In this document: piece after piece, positions 1-9,376 of the stretch
Layout of the letters: each line of letters starts with the position of its first letter
Numbering within the stretch: position 1 is the stretch's first letter
Assembly (NCBI GenBank): GCA_037143955.1
Contig: JBAWXR010000001.1
Span: 1-46,476, forward strand
DNA length: 46,476 nt
DNA from: Actinomycetes bacterium
GTDB lineage: Bacteria > Actinomycetota > Actinomycetes > S36-B12
Direction of reading: 5' to 3'
The notes under the pieces: generated by a model
Databases searched by the model: none
What the model was told of the DNA's origin: nothing
Seen by the model: only the letters and a program-made list of their open reading frames with translations
Made by a program: the position numbers and the translations under genes

Positions 1-194
1 GGCTGTCGTGTCGCGGATTCTGCTTCGAGGCTTGACGAGATCCGCGCCCAGACGTCAGGGGGAATGGTGCTAGTGGGTGACGTGACCGCGTTGGGACTGT
101 CGTCCGCTGCAAGGAAATGCACCTCAGCCAACGCCTCAGTTACCAGCATTCGTTGCTCAGGGGTGAGCTCAGCTGTTGGTTCCTCGTCGATCAT
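1..194 (-). CDS. anti-sigma factor (SigM-associated), N-terminal part; the ORF runs off the left edge of the window
   Basis: My own minus-strand translation from ATG 194-192 (alternative GTG at 203) gives MIDEEPTAELTPEQRMLVTEALAEVHFLAADDSPNAVTSPTSTIPPDVWARISSSLEAESATRQ..., open to position 1. It starts 26 nt inside the 3' end of the ECF sigma gene. The position and the PxDVWARI-type motif are typical of anti-sigma factors encoded just downstream of sigM. It is absent from the ORF track because it is truncated. Confidence 0.45.
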   Translation of the reverse strand, partial: MIDEEPTAELTPEQRMLVTEALAEVHFLAADDSPNAVTSPTSTIPPDVWARISSSLEAESATRQ

Positions 195-813
195 GTGGGT
201 CACCCCCTTGGGTTGGACTTGTCTCCGGGCCTACGACGGGGTCGGTGTTCCCCGGGTTCCGTAAGTAGTCAAGTTGTTTAGCCAACTTTGCTCGACCTCG
301 GGAGCAGCGACTTTTGACCGTCCCGGTCGGACATCCCAGAATCCGAGCCGCCTCGTCGACGGACCACCCCTCAACATCCACCAGCACGATCGCGTCGCGT
401 TGATCGTCTGGCAAAGATGCGAGGGCCTCGGAGACCGCGAGTTGGGTTTCACGCCGAGCCATCTCGTCATTCGGGTCAGCAATGACCGCACCGGGCAGGG
501 AATCCAGATCATCGGGCAGAGGTTGCGCTGGTCGCGCGGCCCGTCGACGCAAACGATCCAGACTCGCATTCACCACAATCCGATGCAGCCACGTGGTGAC
601 CGCAGACTCGCCACGAAACTGATCTGCGCGTCGGTAGGCGGAGATCAATGCTTCCTGCAGTGCATCTGCAGCGTCCTCAGGGTCTCGTGTCGTGCGGAGG
701 GCAACGCTCCAGAGACGATCTTTGTGCCGACTCACCAGCACAGTGAAGGCATCCGGATCTCCGGCCACGTGGGCTGCGAGCAGCTCAGCATCGGGCAGAT
801 CTGGGTCAACCAC
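169..813 (-). CDS. sigM: ECF (sigma-70 family) RNA polymerase sigma factor, SigM-like
   Basis: 214-aa ORF with a GTG start. Region 2 is present (DAADALQEALISAYRR, TWLHRIVVNASLDRLRR), as is the region 4 HTH (DQRDAIVLVDVEGWSVDEAARILGCPTGTVKSRCSRGRAKL). It lies 10 nt downstream of the murJ-linked pseudokinase gene, as sigM does next to mviN in mycobacteria and streptomycetes. Confidence 0.8.
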   Translation of the reverse strand: MVDPDLPDAELLAAHVAGDPDAFTVLVSRHKDRLWSVALRTTRDPEDAADALQEALISAYRRADQFRGESAVTTWLHRIVVNASLDRLRRRAARPAQPLPDDLDSLPGAVIADPNDEMARRETQLAVSEALASLPDDQRDAIVLVDVEGWSVDEAARILGCPTGTVKSRCSRGRAKLAKQLDYLRNPGNTDPVVGPETSPTQGGDPHDRRGTNS

Positions 814-822
814 ATCGGCAGC

Positions 823-2352
823 CTATTGGCTGGTGGTGGACGGCCCGTTGCTCACAGTCACGCCGCGCACACCGCCCTGGTACTTCCCCGAGGCGTTCGT
901 GGCCGAGGGGAGACGCGTGAACCACACCAACACATATCGCGCGGTGACCGGCTGCGGTACTCGTAGATCCAGGGTTCCTGACGCGGCAGTTGCCGCCGCG
1001 AACGGCTTCCACAGGGTCGGGTCATTCGGGATGCTGTTGGAAACTTTGACCGCTACGTCACTTCCGGAACCCACCAGCTTGAGAGAAACGGAATCAAACG
1101 TTCGCGGTTGTCCCAGGTCGAGAACCAGTCCTGCTCCGCCCTTGCCCGCGAGATCAGGGGTGTTGTACTGCCGTGTCAGCCACGCGGAGGTGGGGTCGTC
1201 GTCAAGCGCACGCGGCGCTGACGGTTCGTTCTCGGATTGCAACGCGGCGGTTGTTCCTTGATTCTTGAACTTGGTCCCGAAAGGGTTGTACGAGTGCGCC
1301 TCGATGATCGGAAACGTCTGAGGGAGATCCGTTGCACTTGACGGCAGGGGCGCCGGCTGCGCAGAAGCGGTGAGCATGGCATCGGTCGCCGGCTTCTGAG
1401 TCGCGGGCGGGATCGATGGGCGAGCAAGAAGTACACCGACAACCGCGACAATCACCAGTCCGGCGGCAATGACCCCAATGGTCATCGCACGACCCATGAT
1501 GCGCACAGGCTTCTTGCGGGGGACGGGCACGATCGTGGTGGTGACAGGGGCCAGATGATCGAGAGTTGCGCTGATCATCGTGGCGAAGGCCGCCGCATCC
1601 GGCACGCGTGCAACATCACGGGCGCGAGCAGCGGAGGCAACAGATCTTGCGATGATGTCGTCAAGTGGCTTGGTGAGGTTTGCTCGAATCTTCGAAGGTG
1701 GCAGCACGAGTCCTTTGGACAGCGGTGCTTCCGGTGCGTTCACCGGAACCGCACCTGGCCATAGTCCAGTGGTCAGCAGGTACGTCAGACAGCCGAGTGC
1801 ATCCACGTCCGCTTGCTCCGGCGTCGCGTCCGGCAAGGAGGTACCGAAGAGCGCGGCATCCACAGCCAGGCCACGGATGCGCACCTCACCGGCATCGGTG
1901 ATGAAGACACGACTGGGTCGAAGACGTCCATGTGCAACGTTCTTCCCGAGGCACGCAGCAAGCGTTCGTGCGACATGTGCAACCACGTCCAGCGCAGGCA
2001 TGACCTCCCACGGCTCACCACCACGAGCGGCGAGAAAGTCATCGAGGTTCTCACCTCGGGCCCATTCGGAAACAACGCAGACGAAACCGGGACGGTCCTT
2101 CTGCCCGGTGACCGACAGAATGTCGAGTACTCGAAGGAGTCGACGGTCATCGACCATCGCGGCAGCCTGAGCTGCACCCAGCACAGCGTTGACGCGTGGG
2201 TCCTCGTCAAGGATGGCGCGAATCGCCACTGTTCTATCCAGGATGGTGTCGTAGGCACGCCACAGCTGCACGTCATACCCCGAGCGCAGTCCTGGATCGG
2301 TCGACAGGCGCGCACGCAGGATGTACCGACCAAGCCGTTGATCCGGTCTCAT
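823..2352 (-). CDS. MurJ-associated transmembrane pseudokinase (kinase-like domain, one TM, extracellular discoidin/carbohydrate-binding-like domain)
   Basis: 509-aa ORF. The kinase fold is recognisable but the catalytic motifs are degenerate: VAIR instead of VAIK, HGRLRPSR instead of HRDLKPxN, IRG instead of DFG, and no Gly-rich loop. One TM (AMTIGVIAAGLVIVAVVGVLLA). The C-terminal roughly 150 aa (DDDPTSAWLTRQY...YVLVWFTRLP) resembles F5/8 type C domains. Its ATG overlaps the murJ stop as ATGA at 2349-2352. Confidence 0.8.
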   Translation of the reverse strand: MRPDQRLGRYILRARLSTDPGLRSGYDVQLWRAYDTILDRTVAIRAILDEDPRVNAVLGAAQAAAMVDDRRLLRVLDILSVTGQKDRPGFVCVVSEWARGENLDDFLAARGGEPWEVMPALDVVAHVARTLAACLGKNVAHGRLRPSRVFITDAGEVRIRGLAVDAALFGTSLPDATPEQADVDALGCLTYLLTTGLWPGAVPVNAPEAPLSKGLVLPPSKIRANLTKPLDDIIARSVASAARARDVARVPDAAAFATMISATLDHLAPVTTTIVPVPRKKPVRIMGRAMTIGVIAAGLVIVAVVGVLLARPSIPPATQKPATDAMLTASAQPAPLPSSATDLPQTFPIIEAHSYNPFGTKFKNQGTTAALQSENEPSAPRALDDDPTSAWLTRQYNTPDLAGKGGAGLVLDLGQPRTFDSVSLKLVGSGSDVAVKVSNSIPNDPTLWKPFAAATAASGTLDLRVPQPVTARYVLVWFTRLPSATNASGKYQGGVRGVTVSNGPSTTSQ

Positions 2353-4115
2353 CGGTGGACCACTCGATGCATAACTCCACGTGCCTGGTCTTTGACCTGG
2401 GCGACCTCGGGAACTCGCAACGCAAGCGCTGCGACGACATAGGTCAGCAGCCCGACGACGGAGGTAACAATCACAATGATGAGCAACTCGCCTTTGTGTG
2501 CTGGGTGGTAACCACCGAGCACATTAACGAGGAACAGCAGTGCTAGACCCATGACACTCAGAGAGATCAAGCCGGCAATGACGATGCGAGTCAGACCCCA
2601 GACAGTCGGCCCTGAACGCATGCTCCCGAGTCTGCGGGCGAGCACGATCCACGTGATGACAAAGCCAACCCAGTACGAAAGTGAGTATGCCAAGGCGATG
2701 GCCGCAACTTGCCGACCACCATCACGCGCCCATGAGAACAGCGGAAGGACCGTGATCAAGAGCACGACAGAGAAAGCGATGGTGATAAAGAACGGCGTTC
2801 GGGTGTCCTCGAGTGCGTAGTACCCGCGCAGGAGAACGTAGAACAAGGTGAAGGGTAGAAGTCCGATCATGAAAACCGACACGATGAGACCCATCAGCCC
2901 GGCTTGATCCGTCGTTGCGGCCCCGTAGCCAAAGAGCAGGATCGCCACGGAGGCCCCGTTGATGATCAACACCATGGCGACAGGAACGATGAGTGCGGCG
3001 ACAGTCCGCATCGTCTTGGCGATATCTCTACCGACTTGATCCAGCCGACCGTCATGTGCCACGCGACTCAGGGCGGGCAGCATCGCTGTGACAACCGAAA
3101 CCGTGATCACGCTGTGCGGCAGGAGAAAGACGAGATGAGCCTTTTGATAGGTGGTCAGTCCCGCGGCGGCTACACCAGCTGTCGCGGCATTGACATTGGC
3201 CTGGGTGGCGAGTCGGGTGATGACGACATACGTGGCTTGATTGACCAGCACCAAGCCGATCGTCCAGAAGGCGAGAGTCCCCGCTTTACCAAGGCCCGCC
3301 CCGCGCCAATCGAATCGAGGGCGCCATGCATAACCTGATTTCCACATCACCGGAATCAAAATGACGGCCTGCGCGATCACACCCAGTGTTGTTCCTATGC
3401 CCAGAATCAGCACCTGACTCGTCGTCAACTGTCCATGGGATGCCGCGGACGTGCCGGCAATTCCGATGAAGAGTAAGAACGTGGCAATGGCGACAACATT
3501 GTTCGCGATTGGCGCGAACATCGGCATCCCGAATCGCCCGCGTGAATTGAGCACTTGGCTCAGCAGTGTGTAGAGGCCATAGAAAAACACTTGGGGAAGA
3601 CAGAGTCGAGCAAACGCAACAGCCAGGTCATATTCGCCTGCGGGAAATGTGTCGGTTGTGTAGAGACTGACAATCCACGGTGCTGCAACGACGGCGACGA
3701 TGGACATGACCAGGAGAACTGTCGCGACGAGCGTGATCAGTCGGTCTGCGTAGGCCTTTCCGCCGTCCGTGTCCTCCTTCATGCGTCGAACAAGTTGTGG
3801 AACAAAAACTGCGTTAAGTGCCCCACCGATTACGAGGATGTAGACAACGGTCGGCAATGAGTTGCCGAGCGAGTAGGCATCGGACACGATGAAGAAGCCC
3901 AAGGCCGCCGTCATGGCGATATCTCGACCCACACCGGTCACACGTGAGACAACCGTTCCTGCCGCCATAAGTGTGCTGGCTCGCGCAACGGTGCGGCCCA
4001 TAGCCGAGGGAGGGTTCGCCGACAGATCGCCGGGCTCAAGCTCGCGCAGCGCTTCGCCCACTTCAGAGTTCACCGCAGTTGCATCAGCTGCCTGCGGTGA
4101 ATCAGGGTCGGTCAC
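2349..4115 (-). CDS. murJ: lipid II flippase MurJ (MviN)
   Basis: Polytopic membrane protein with a MurJ-like N-terminal core (ARASTLMAAGTVVSRVTGVGRDIAMTAALG) and many TM helices. The ORF track gives 2349..4217, but its first 34 codons overlap the upstream gene. GTG at 4115 makes a GTGA stop/start overlap with that gene. ATG at 4001 is another possible start. Confidence 0.85.
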   Translation of the reverse strand: MTDPDSPQAADATAVNSEVGEALRELEPGDLSANPPSAMGRTVARASTLMAAGTVVSRVTGVGRDIAMTAALGFFIVSDAYSLGNSLPTVVYILVIGGALNAVFVPQLVRRMKEDTDGGKAYADRLITLVATVLLVMSIVAVVAAPWIVSLYTTDTFPAGEYDLAVAFARLCLPQVFFYGLYTLLSQVLNSRGRFGMPMFAPIANNVVAIATFLLFIGIAGTSAASHGQLTTSQVLILGIGTTLGVIAQAVILIPVMWKSGYAWRPRFDWRGAGLGKAGTLAFWTIGLVLVNQATYVVITRLATQANVNAATAGVAAAGLTTYQKAHLVFLLPHSVITVSVVTAMLPALSRVAHDGRLDQVGRDIAKTMRTVAALIVPVAMVLIINGASVAILLFGYGAATTDQAGLMGLIVSVFMIGLLPFTLFYVLLRGYYALEDTRTPFFITIAFSVVLLITVLPLFSWARDGGRQVAAIALAYSLSYWVGFVITWIVLARRLGSMRSGPTVWGLTRIVIAGLISLSVMGLALLFLVNVLGGYHPAHKGELLIIVIVTSVVGLLTYVVAALALRVPEVAQVKDQARGVMHRVVHR

Positions 4116-6193
4116 GCGTCCTTCTTTCCCGTAGCACGCCCCGCGTTGCGTATACGCCGGGTCACACCTACGACGACGAACACCAGGATGGCGGCGAACG
4201 CCGCGATCATGACCCATGATGCGGCACGGGCGTACGTCGTGGACGTCACGGAGATGCGTGCCGCCTGTCCATAATCTTGACCCTGAGGTGTGAGTAGCTG
4301 AACATCGACCGGTACGACGTCAGCACCGATGACTTGGGCTGAAATATCGAGGCTGGCCTTTTGGCCCGCGGGGATGCGAATGCCGGTCAGGGCGGTTGAT
4401 CTCAACCGAATCGAGGGGTTGCCTCGCAACTCCACGCCCACAATCACGTCATGGTCGGACTCATTGGCAATGGTGATGGGCACACGCCCGGCGTCTCCCG
4501 ACAACGTCACCGTTCCTGACGAGAGCACGTGAATCTGAGCGATCTGGGCGCTCACACCGCGACCCGTTGCAGCGAGGAGAGCGGAGCCCACGTCCGGCTG
4601 CGTTCTCCATGTTGCTGATGCGGAACGCAGAAGGGCTTGCCGGTACGGCTCTGCGAGCTCTGCAGGATCGTCAACAATCGCGGTCATGGCAGAGATCTGA
4701 CTCGTGGTTCTCCCGATGCGGGCGACGTAACTGCTGGGAAGCTCGGCCGCACGTGCGCGCGAGCCGTATGGCGCGACTGTCCGTTGGGCGCCGTCGGTGG
4801 GAATACTCAACAAGTTCTGAAGAGAGCGTGGATGCAGCCATGGTGTGGTGTTCACGGCCGCGATCAGTGGCGCAACCGATTTTGGATCGGTTGACCATGT
4901 CACAGAGCGTGGCGCAATGACGAGTCCGCGATCGTGACGCAGCGGCGACATTCCGGAGGCGATAAGTGCCGTGTCCGCGAGGAACTCTTGTCGCAGCAAC
5001 ACGGGATCCGCCGGCTGGGCGGGGTCGGTGAGCGCGGACAATCTCGGATCAACCAACACGCCCGTGAGATTTCCATGGGGTGTCTGGATGGTCGTTGTTG
5101 CGCCGGATGCGGGATCGGTTGTGGGGAATGCGTCGGCGGGAAGAATCATGGCGGTGACGCCTGATGTGGCGAGAACGTCCGCTGCGGCCTCGTCGAATCT
5201 TCCGTATGGCGCCCAATCAACAGGGCTGGCGAGAGTTCCTCCAATATCGCTTTGCATGATGGCTGGACCTTGCGTCACTGCTGACACCACGTCACTTGCC
5301 AATCCGCCGCGGACCAATGCACTGGCGTCGACATCTGCGTAGGGCAAGGGGTAAACAGGAAACTTGCGGGTCAATTTGGTGAGTCGCTGCAACCATTCGC
5401 GGGCCTGCCGCTGCCGATCACCCATTGTCGGTGCGCCGTTGACGAGGACCTGATAGCCGTCCGACATGTCTTTGACGGTCTGCACGAGTGCGGGATCAAT
5501 CACCCACGACAACACGCCTGGGGTGCGTTCAGCGGCCGAGAGTTGTCGGTCCAAACGCCCATCGGGTGACACGTCAACGGGTGTCTGGTCTGTGAGTAAC
5601 ACTCCGTTAGCGGTGCGCGCCGGCCAGTCCGCCAAGGGCCAGAGCCAGGTGATGTCCAGGGCTTGTGGCGAGGTGACGTAGAACGGAAGGACAGTGCGTT
5701 GTTCACCGATACGAGTTGTGGCGCCCGCACCATCGACACTGACGACTTCGACTCCAATGATCCACGCGCCGGATTCGGTCATGCGTAACTTCTTGATCGG
5801 AACCGTGATGGAGAACGGGATAACCGAGCCTGGAGCAATGGCCGAACCCAGTGGAAACGATGTGCCGGGGACGACGATGGAGTCAGGCGAGGCGGAATCC
5901 AAGGGTGCGGCGAGCGCCGATGCTAAATCTGTGCGTGACGTGGTAGGCGCCTGTGCTCTCCGAAGCTGGACGGACACGCCACTCAACGACTCAAGGCTGG
6001 ACGATAGAAGTCGACCGGAGATGCGCAATACATCCTTCGGTTGGGGTATCGACGGAGCCAACGTGTCGATGGAGATATGAACCGGCAGTGATGACGCGGC
6101 GATCGCGTGGGGCGCGTGCGCGAGCAATGTCGATCCGGCAACAGACAGGGTCATAGCCGCACACGTCAGCACAGCGACGAGCCGAGCGTTCAC
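4112..6193 (-). CDS. conserved secreted/membrane-anchored protein, Rv3909-like (DUF6049-type, from memory)
   Basis: 693-aa ORF with a GTG start. It has an N-terminal signal peptide ([23 protein letters not shown]), a large extracytoplasmic body, a single C-terminal TM ([18 protein letters not shown]) and a basic tail. It sits between the NUDIX gene and murJ, exactly as Rv3909 does in M. tuberculosis. Confidence 0.7.
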   Translation of the reverse strand: MNARLVAVLTCAAMTLSVAGSTLLAHAPHAIAASSLPVHISIDTLAPSIPQPKDVLRISGRLLSSSLESLSGVSVQLRRAQAPTTSRTDLASALAAPLDSASPDSIVVPGTSFPLGSAIAPGSVIPFSITVPIKKLRMTESGAWIIGVEVVSVDGAGATTRIGEQRTVLPFYVTSPQALDITWLWPLADWPARTANGVLLTDQTPVDVSPDGRLDRQLSAAERTPGVLSWVIDPALVQTVKDMSDGYQVLVNGAPTMGDRQRQAREWLQRLTKLTRKFPVYPLPYADVDASALVRGGLASDVVSAVTQGPAIMQSDIGGTLASPVDWAPYGRFDEAAADVLATSGVTAMILPADAFPTTDPASGATTTIQTPHGNLTGVLVDPRLSALTDPAQPADPVLLRQEFLADTALIASGMSPLRHDRGLVIAPRSVTWSTDPKSVAPLIAAVNTTPWLHPRSLQNLLSIPTDGAQRTVAPYGSRARAAELPSSYVARIGRTTSQISAMTAIVDDPAELAEPYRQALLRSASATWRTQPDVGSALLAATGRGVSAQIAQIHVLSSGTVTLSGDAGRVPITIANESDHDVIVGVELRGNPSIRLRSTALTGIRIPAGQKASLDISAQVIGADVVPVDVQLLTPQGQDYGQAARISVTSTTYARAASWVMIAAFAAILVFVVVGVTRRIRNAGRATGKKDA

Positions 6194-6708
6194 GTGCTGC
6201 TCGCGGTTCCCGGGGTGCGGGTTCTGCGAGGTCCCGACAACAGACCTAGGACGTCTTCCACTACGCGACGCTCACCCGCGTAACGCAACCGCGTGGCGGC
6301 ATCCTGGAGAGGAACCCAAGCCACCTCGTCCACTTCTACGTCTGCATCGCTGAGCTCAAGAGTTGTCGCATGCATGAGGAAGTGGTGAACGGTTTTATGC
6401 ACGCGTGTGCCGTCAGCCATGAACCAGAAGTCAATGGAGCCCATGCTCCTGACGATGGTGGCGGTGATTCCCGTTTCCTCACGCACCTCGCGTATCGCTG
6501 TCTGCTCGAGGGTTTCGCCGGACTCCCGATGCCCTTTGGGAAGTGACCACACGAGTCGTCCTCGACGATCGCGGCGGGCGATGAGGGCGACGTGCGCCTT
6601 GCGATCATGTCGGTCCAGAACCACCCCGCCGGCGGAGGTCTCCTCGACCCGCCGCACAGGCCCGGGTGAGGCCGAGCGCCGAGGCGCAGGCGTGCGGGGG
6701 GCGGCCAT
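6190..6708 (-). CDS. NUDIX hydrolase (MutT4-like position)
   Basis: Nudix box [23 protein letters not shown]. The ORF track start at 6759 is a TTG that overlaps the divergent gene, so I prefer ATG at 6708 ([11 protein letters not shown]...). The stop overlaps the downstream GTG start as GTGA at 6190-6193. Confidence 0.85.
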   Translation of the reverse strand: MAAPRTPAPRRSASPGPVRRVEETSAGGVVLDRHDRKAHVALIARRDRRGRLVWSLPKGHRESGETLEQTAIREVREETGITATIVRSMGSIDFWFMADGTRVHKTVHHFLMHATTLELSDADVEVDEVAWVPLQDAATRLRYAGERRVVEDVLGLLSGPRRTRTPGTASST

Positions 6709-6719
6709 GAGCGAAGGAT

Positions 6720-8186
6720 ATGCGCGGCCCCGTACCCTCTCTCGGCGTGGACGCTGCAATTCGTGATGCTCAACGCAAGGCCGCCGAGGCCTTGCTGCCG
6801 CTGGCCGGCGTCCTGGCCGCCGTGGGGGATCCCTTTGTCGCGGCGGGCCATGACATTGCCCTCGTGGGCGGGCCGGTCCGCGACGCCCTACTGGGTCGGA
6901 TGGGCGCTCACCACGATCTCGACTTCACGACCAGTGCTCGACCGGACGAGATCATCGCGGTCCTCACACCGGTGGCCGAAGCGATCTGGGACGTGGGTAT
7001 CCGCTTCGGCACCGTGGGCGCACGGGTCGCGGGTCGCGAGGTTGAGATCACGACCTATCGCGCTGAGACGTATGACCCCCAATCGCGTAAGCCCGAGGTC
7101 GACTTCGGCACCTCTCTCGAAGGGGATCTAGGTCGACGGGATTTCTCCATCAATGCCATGGCCATTCGCCTACCGGACCTGTCATTCGTTGATCTTTTTG
7201 ATGGGCTCAGTGACCTCGGACGTGGTCTCATTCGCACCCCTGGGCGACCGGAGGATTCCTTCACAGATGATCCCTTGCGCATGATGCGTGCGGCGCGCTT
7301 TAGTTCCCAGCTCGGCTTCGATGTAGCCGACGACGCTGTGGCGGCCATGTCGGATCTTGCGGATCGTCTCAGCATTGTGTCAGCGGAGCGCATACGTGAA
7401 GAGTTGATACGAATCGTTCTAGCACCCGACCCGCGGCGAGGTCTGGGGCTGCTTGTAGACACGGGGCTTGCTGCACTTGTGCTTCCCGAACTTCCTCTCC
7501 TGAAGTTGGAAGTCGATGAACACCACCATCACAAAGATGTCTACGAGCACACGTTGACCGTCCTTGAGCAAGCGATCACCCTTGAGCACGCACATGAGCC
7601 AACATCAGAGCCAGACCTTGTCCTGCGCTTGGCGGCACTGCTGCATGACATTGGCAAACCGCGCACTCGCGCTTTTGAATCTGATGGACGAGTGTCGTTC
7701 CATCACCACGAACTTGTCGGCGCGCGGATGACGCGCAAGCGAATGCAAGCGCTCCGCTTTTCCAATGAGCTGATCGAAGACGTGTCGACACTCGTTGCAC
7801 TGCACCTTCGGTTCCATGGCTACGGCTCCGGCGAGTGGACCGACTCCGCGGTTCGCAGGTATGTGCGGGACGCAGGGCCCCTACTGACACGACTTCACAA
7901 ACTCACCCGAGCCGACTGCACAACACGCAACCGCAAGCGAGCACTCGCACTACAGCGCTCTTACGACTCACTCGAAGAGCGCATCGCTGTGCTGCAAGAG
8001 CAGGAACAACTCGCCTCGATTCGTCCTGACCTCGACGGCAAGCAGATCATGGACCTACTGGGAATTGCCCCCGGACCTGTGGTCGGTGAGGCGTATCAGT
8101 TCCTGCTCGACCTCAGACTGGATAGAGGTCCGATGACGAAGGACGATGCGATTGCCGCACTACATGCGTGGTGGAGCGCCCGCTGA
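6720..8186 (+). CDS. cca: CCA tRNA nucleotidyltransferase / poly(A) polymerase family protein with C-terminal HD domain
   Basis: Class II nucleotidyltransferase motifs are present: [43 protein letters not shown] domain: [11 protein letters not shown]. Equivalent to pcnA (Rv3907c) by position. GTG at 6747 is an alternative start. Confidence 0.9.
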   Translation: MRGPVPSLGVDAAIRDAQRKAAEALLPLAGVLAAVGDPFVAAGHDIALVGGPVRDALLGRMGAHHDLDFTTSARPDEIIAVLTPVAEAIWDVGIRFGTVGARVAGREVEITTYRAETYDPQSRKPEVDFGTSLEGDLGRRDFSINAMAIRLPDLSFVDLFDGLSDLGRGLIRTPGRPEDSFTDDPLRMMRAARFSSQLGFDVADDAVAAMSDLADRLSIVSAERIREELIRIVLAPDPRRGLGLLVDTGLAALVLPELPLLKLEVDEHHHHKDVYEHTLTVLEQAITLEHAHEPTSEPDLVLRLAALLHDIGKPRTRAFESDGRVSFHHHELVGARMTRKRMQALRFSNELIEDVSTLVALHLRFHGYGSGEWTDSAVRRYVRDAGPLLTRLHKLTRADCTTRNRKRALALQRSYDSLEERIAVLQEQEQLASIRPDLDGKQIMDLLGIAPGPVVGEAYQFLLDLRLDRGPMTKDDAIAALHAWWSAR

Positions 8187-9365
8187 CTCCAGCACCTTGA
8201 TCGCCGACAGTAGGCCGCCGACGAGCAGTGACGCCCAGACCACGTGCGCCACACTTGTGAGGCTGTCGTGAATGAGTAAGAAGCCAACCACGATGAAGAC
8301 AATCCAGTTCAACGCCGTGGAATAACGGCGAACGAACGAGCCGACTTCCGCCGCGTTGATGTGGGAACCCACCTCTGACAAGCCACGAATCAGGGGAGCG
8401 CGAAGTGCCCTCGCAGGACGGGATCGTCCAGAAAACCATCCCGCCACGATCGCGACGACACCGAGGACGGCTAGGGCCTGAACACCGGCGATGAGATAGC
8501 GCAGCAGGGTGTCGAAGAAGATCGTCGATGCTGGGCCAAATACTGTGCCGGAAAGTTGGTTGGTGAAAGCATCCTGGCCCTGCTGTACAACCACAAGAAT
8601 CAGGGTGGCCCACAGGACAGCAACGACCCCGGTCGCGATGACCCACGCGGAGCGCCGTCGTGAGAGTGCGATGACGATGGTGAAGACAATCGCGACAATC
8701 ACGGGTAGCCACGCCAGCAGTGGATCAGTGAAACGGTAGATCGTCTGCAGTTGGTGAAGGCCCGGAGCCTTCGCTAGCAGGATCTGGCGATCCGTCTCAG
8801 GGATGGTCACCTTGTCCACGAGTGGGACACCTTGATCGCTGAGGTAGGTCTGCAAACCGGTCAGCGCGGTGGATATATCGAGAACGAGGTCGTCGCCCTT
8901 GAGTTGGATGGCGCCGCCGTCCTTGCCCTCGAGAATGAGGATGACGCCCTTTTGCGCGACGGTGTTGAGCTTGATCCACGCTTTCGCGAACTGCGGTGAT
9001 GCCACGAACTTATGGACCAGATCGCCGATGAGGTTGTTGATGCCGGCGGAGATGGGACCTGCAAGGCCCTGGGTGATCGTCGAATTGGGCAGGATCTTGT
9101 CGAGGATTCCTTGGACAGGGGTTCGAGTGTCAACCTGCGCTGTGATCGCGTTTGTGACGGCCTGCGCGATCGAGTCCTGCACGGCCGGGTCGTTGATGAG
9201 TGGCCCGACGGTCTCGATATAGACCTCACTATCGAGGACTGTCTTGTGGCCCCACTGGCCGATGGTGGCGATAGGCGTGAGCACTGTCGCGATGATGAAG
9301 AGAACGATGACAAGGATGGATCGAGCCTTACCACCCGACCGCTGCGTGGGACCTTGAGTACTCAT
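8160..9365 (-). CDS. integral membrane protein of unknown function
   Basis: 401-aa ORF with a GGAGGA RBS before ATG 9365. It has an N-terminal TM (ILVIVLFIIATVLTPIATI), a roughly 170-aa extracytoplasmic segment and 4-5 C-terminal TMs. It starts 11 nt downstream of the MFS gene stop. Its 3' end overlaps the convergent cca gene by 27 nt. Confidence 0.75.
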   Translation of the reverse strand: MSTQGPTQRSGGKARSILVIVLFIIATVLTPIATIGQWGHKTVLDSEVYIETVGPLINDPAVQDSIAQAVTNAITAQVDTRTPVQGILDKILPNSTITQGLAGPISAGINNLIGDLVHKFVASPQFAKAWIKLNTVAQKGVILILEGKDGGAIQLKGDDLVLDISTALTGLQTYLSDQGVPLVDKVTIPETDRQILLAKAPGLHQLQTIYRFTDPLLAWLPVIVAIVFTIVIALSRRRSAWVIATGVVAVLWATLILVVVQQGQDAFTNQLSGTVFGPASTIFFDTLLRYLIAGVQALAVLGVVAIVAGWFSGRSRPARALRAPLIRGLSEVGSHINAAEVGSFVRRYSTALNWIVFIVVGFLLIHDSLTSVAHVVWASLLVGGLLSAIKVLESAGAPPRM

Positions 9366-9376
9366 GTCGTCCTCCC

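Noticed and set aside
814-1000. SigM-type ECF promoter (GGAAC -35 element) upstream of sigM; a GGAAC occurs on the minus strand at 974-978.
   Set aside because: No suitable CGTC/GTC-type -10 element lies at 16-18 nt spacing, and a single pentamer is not evidence.
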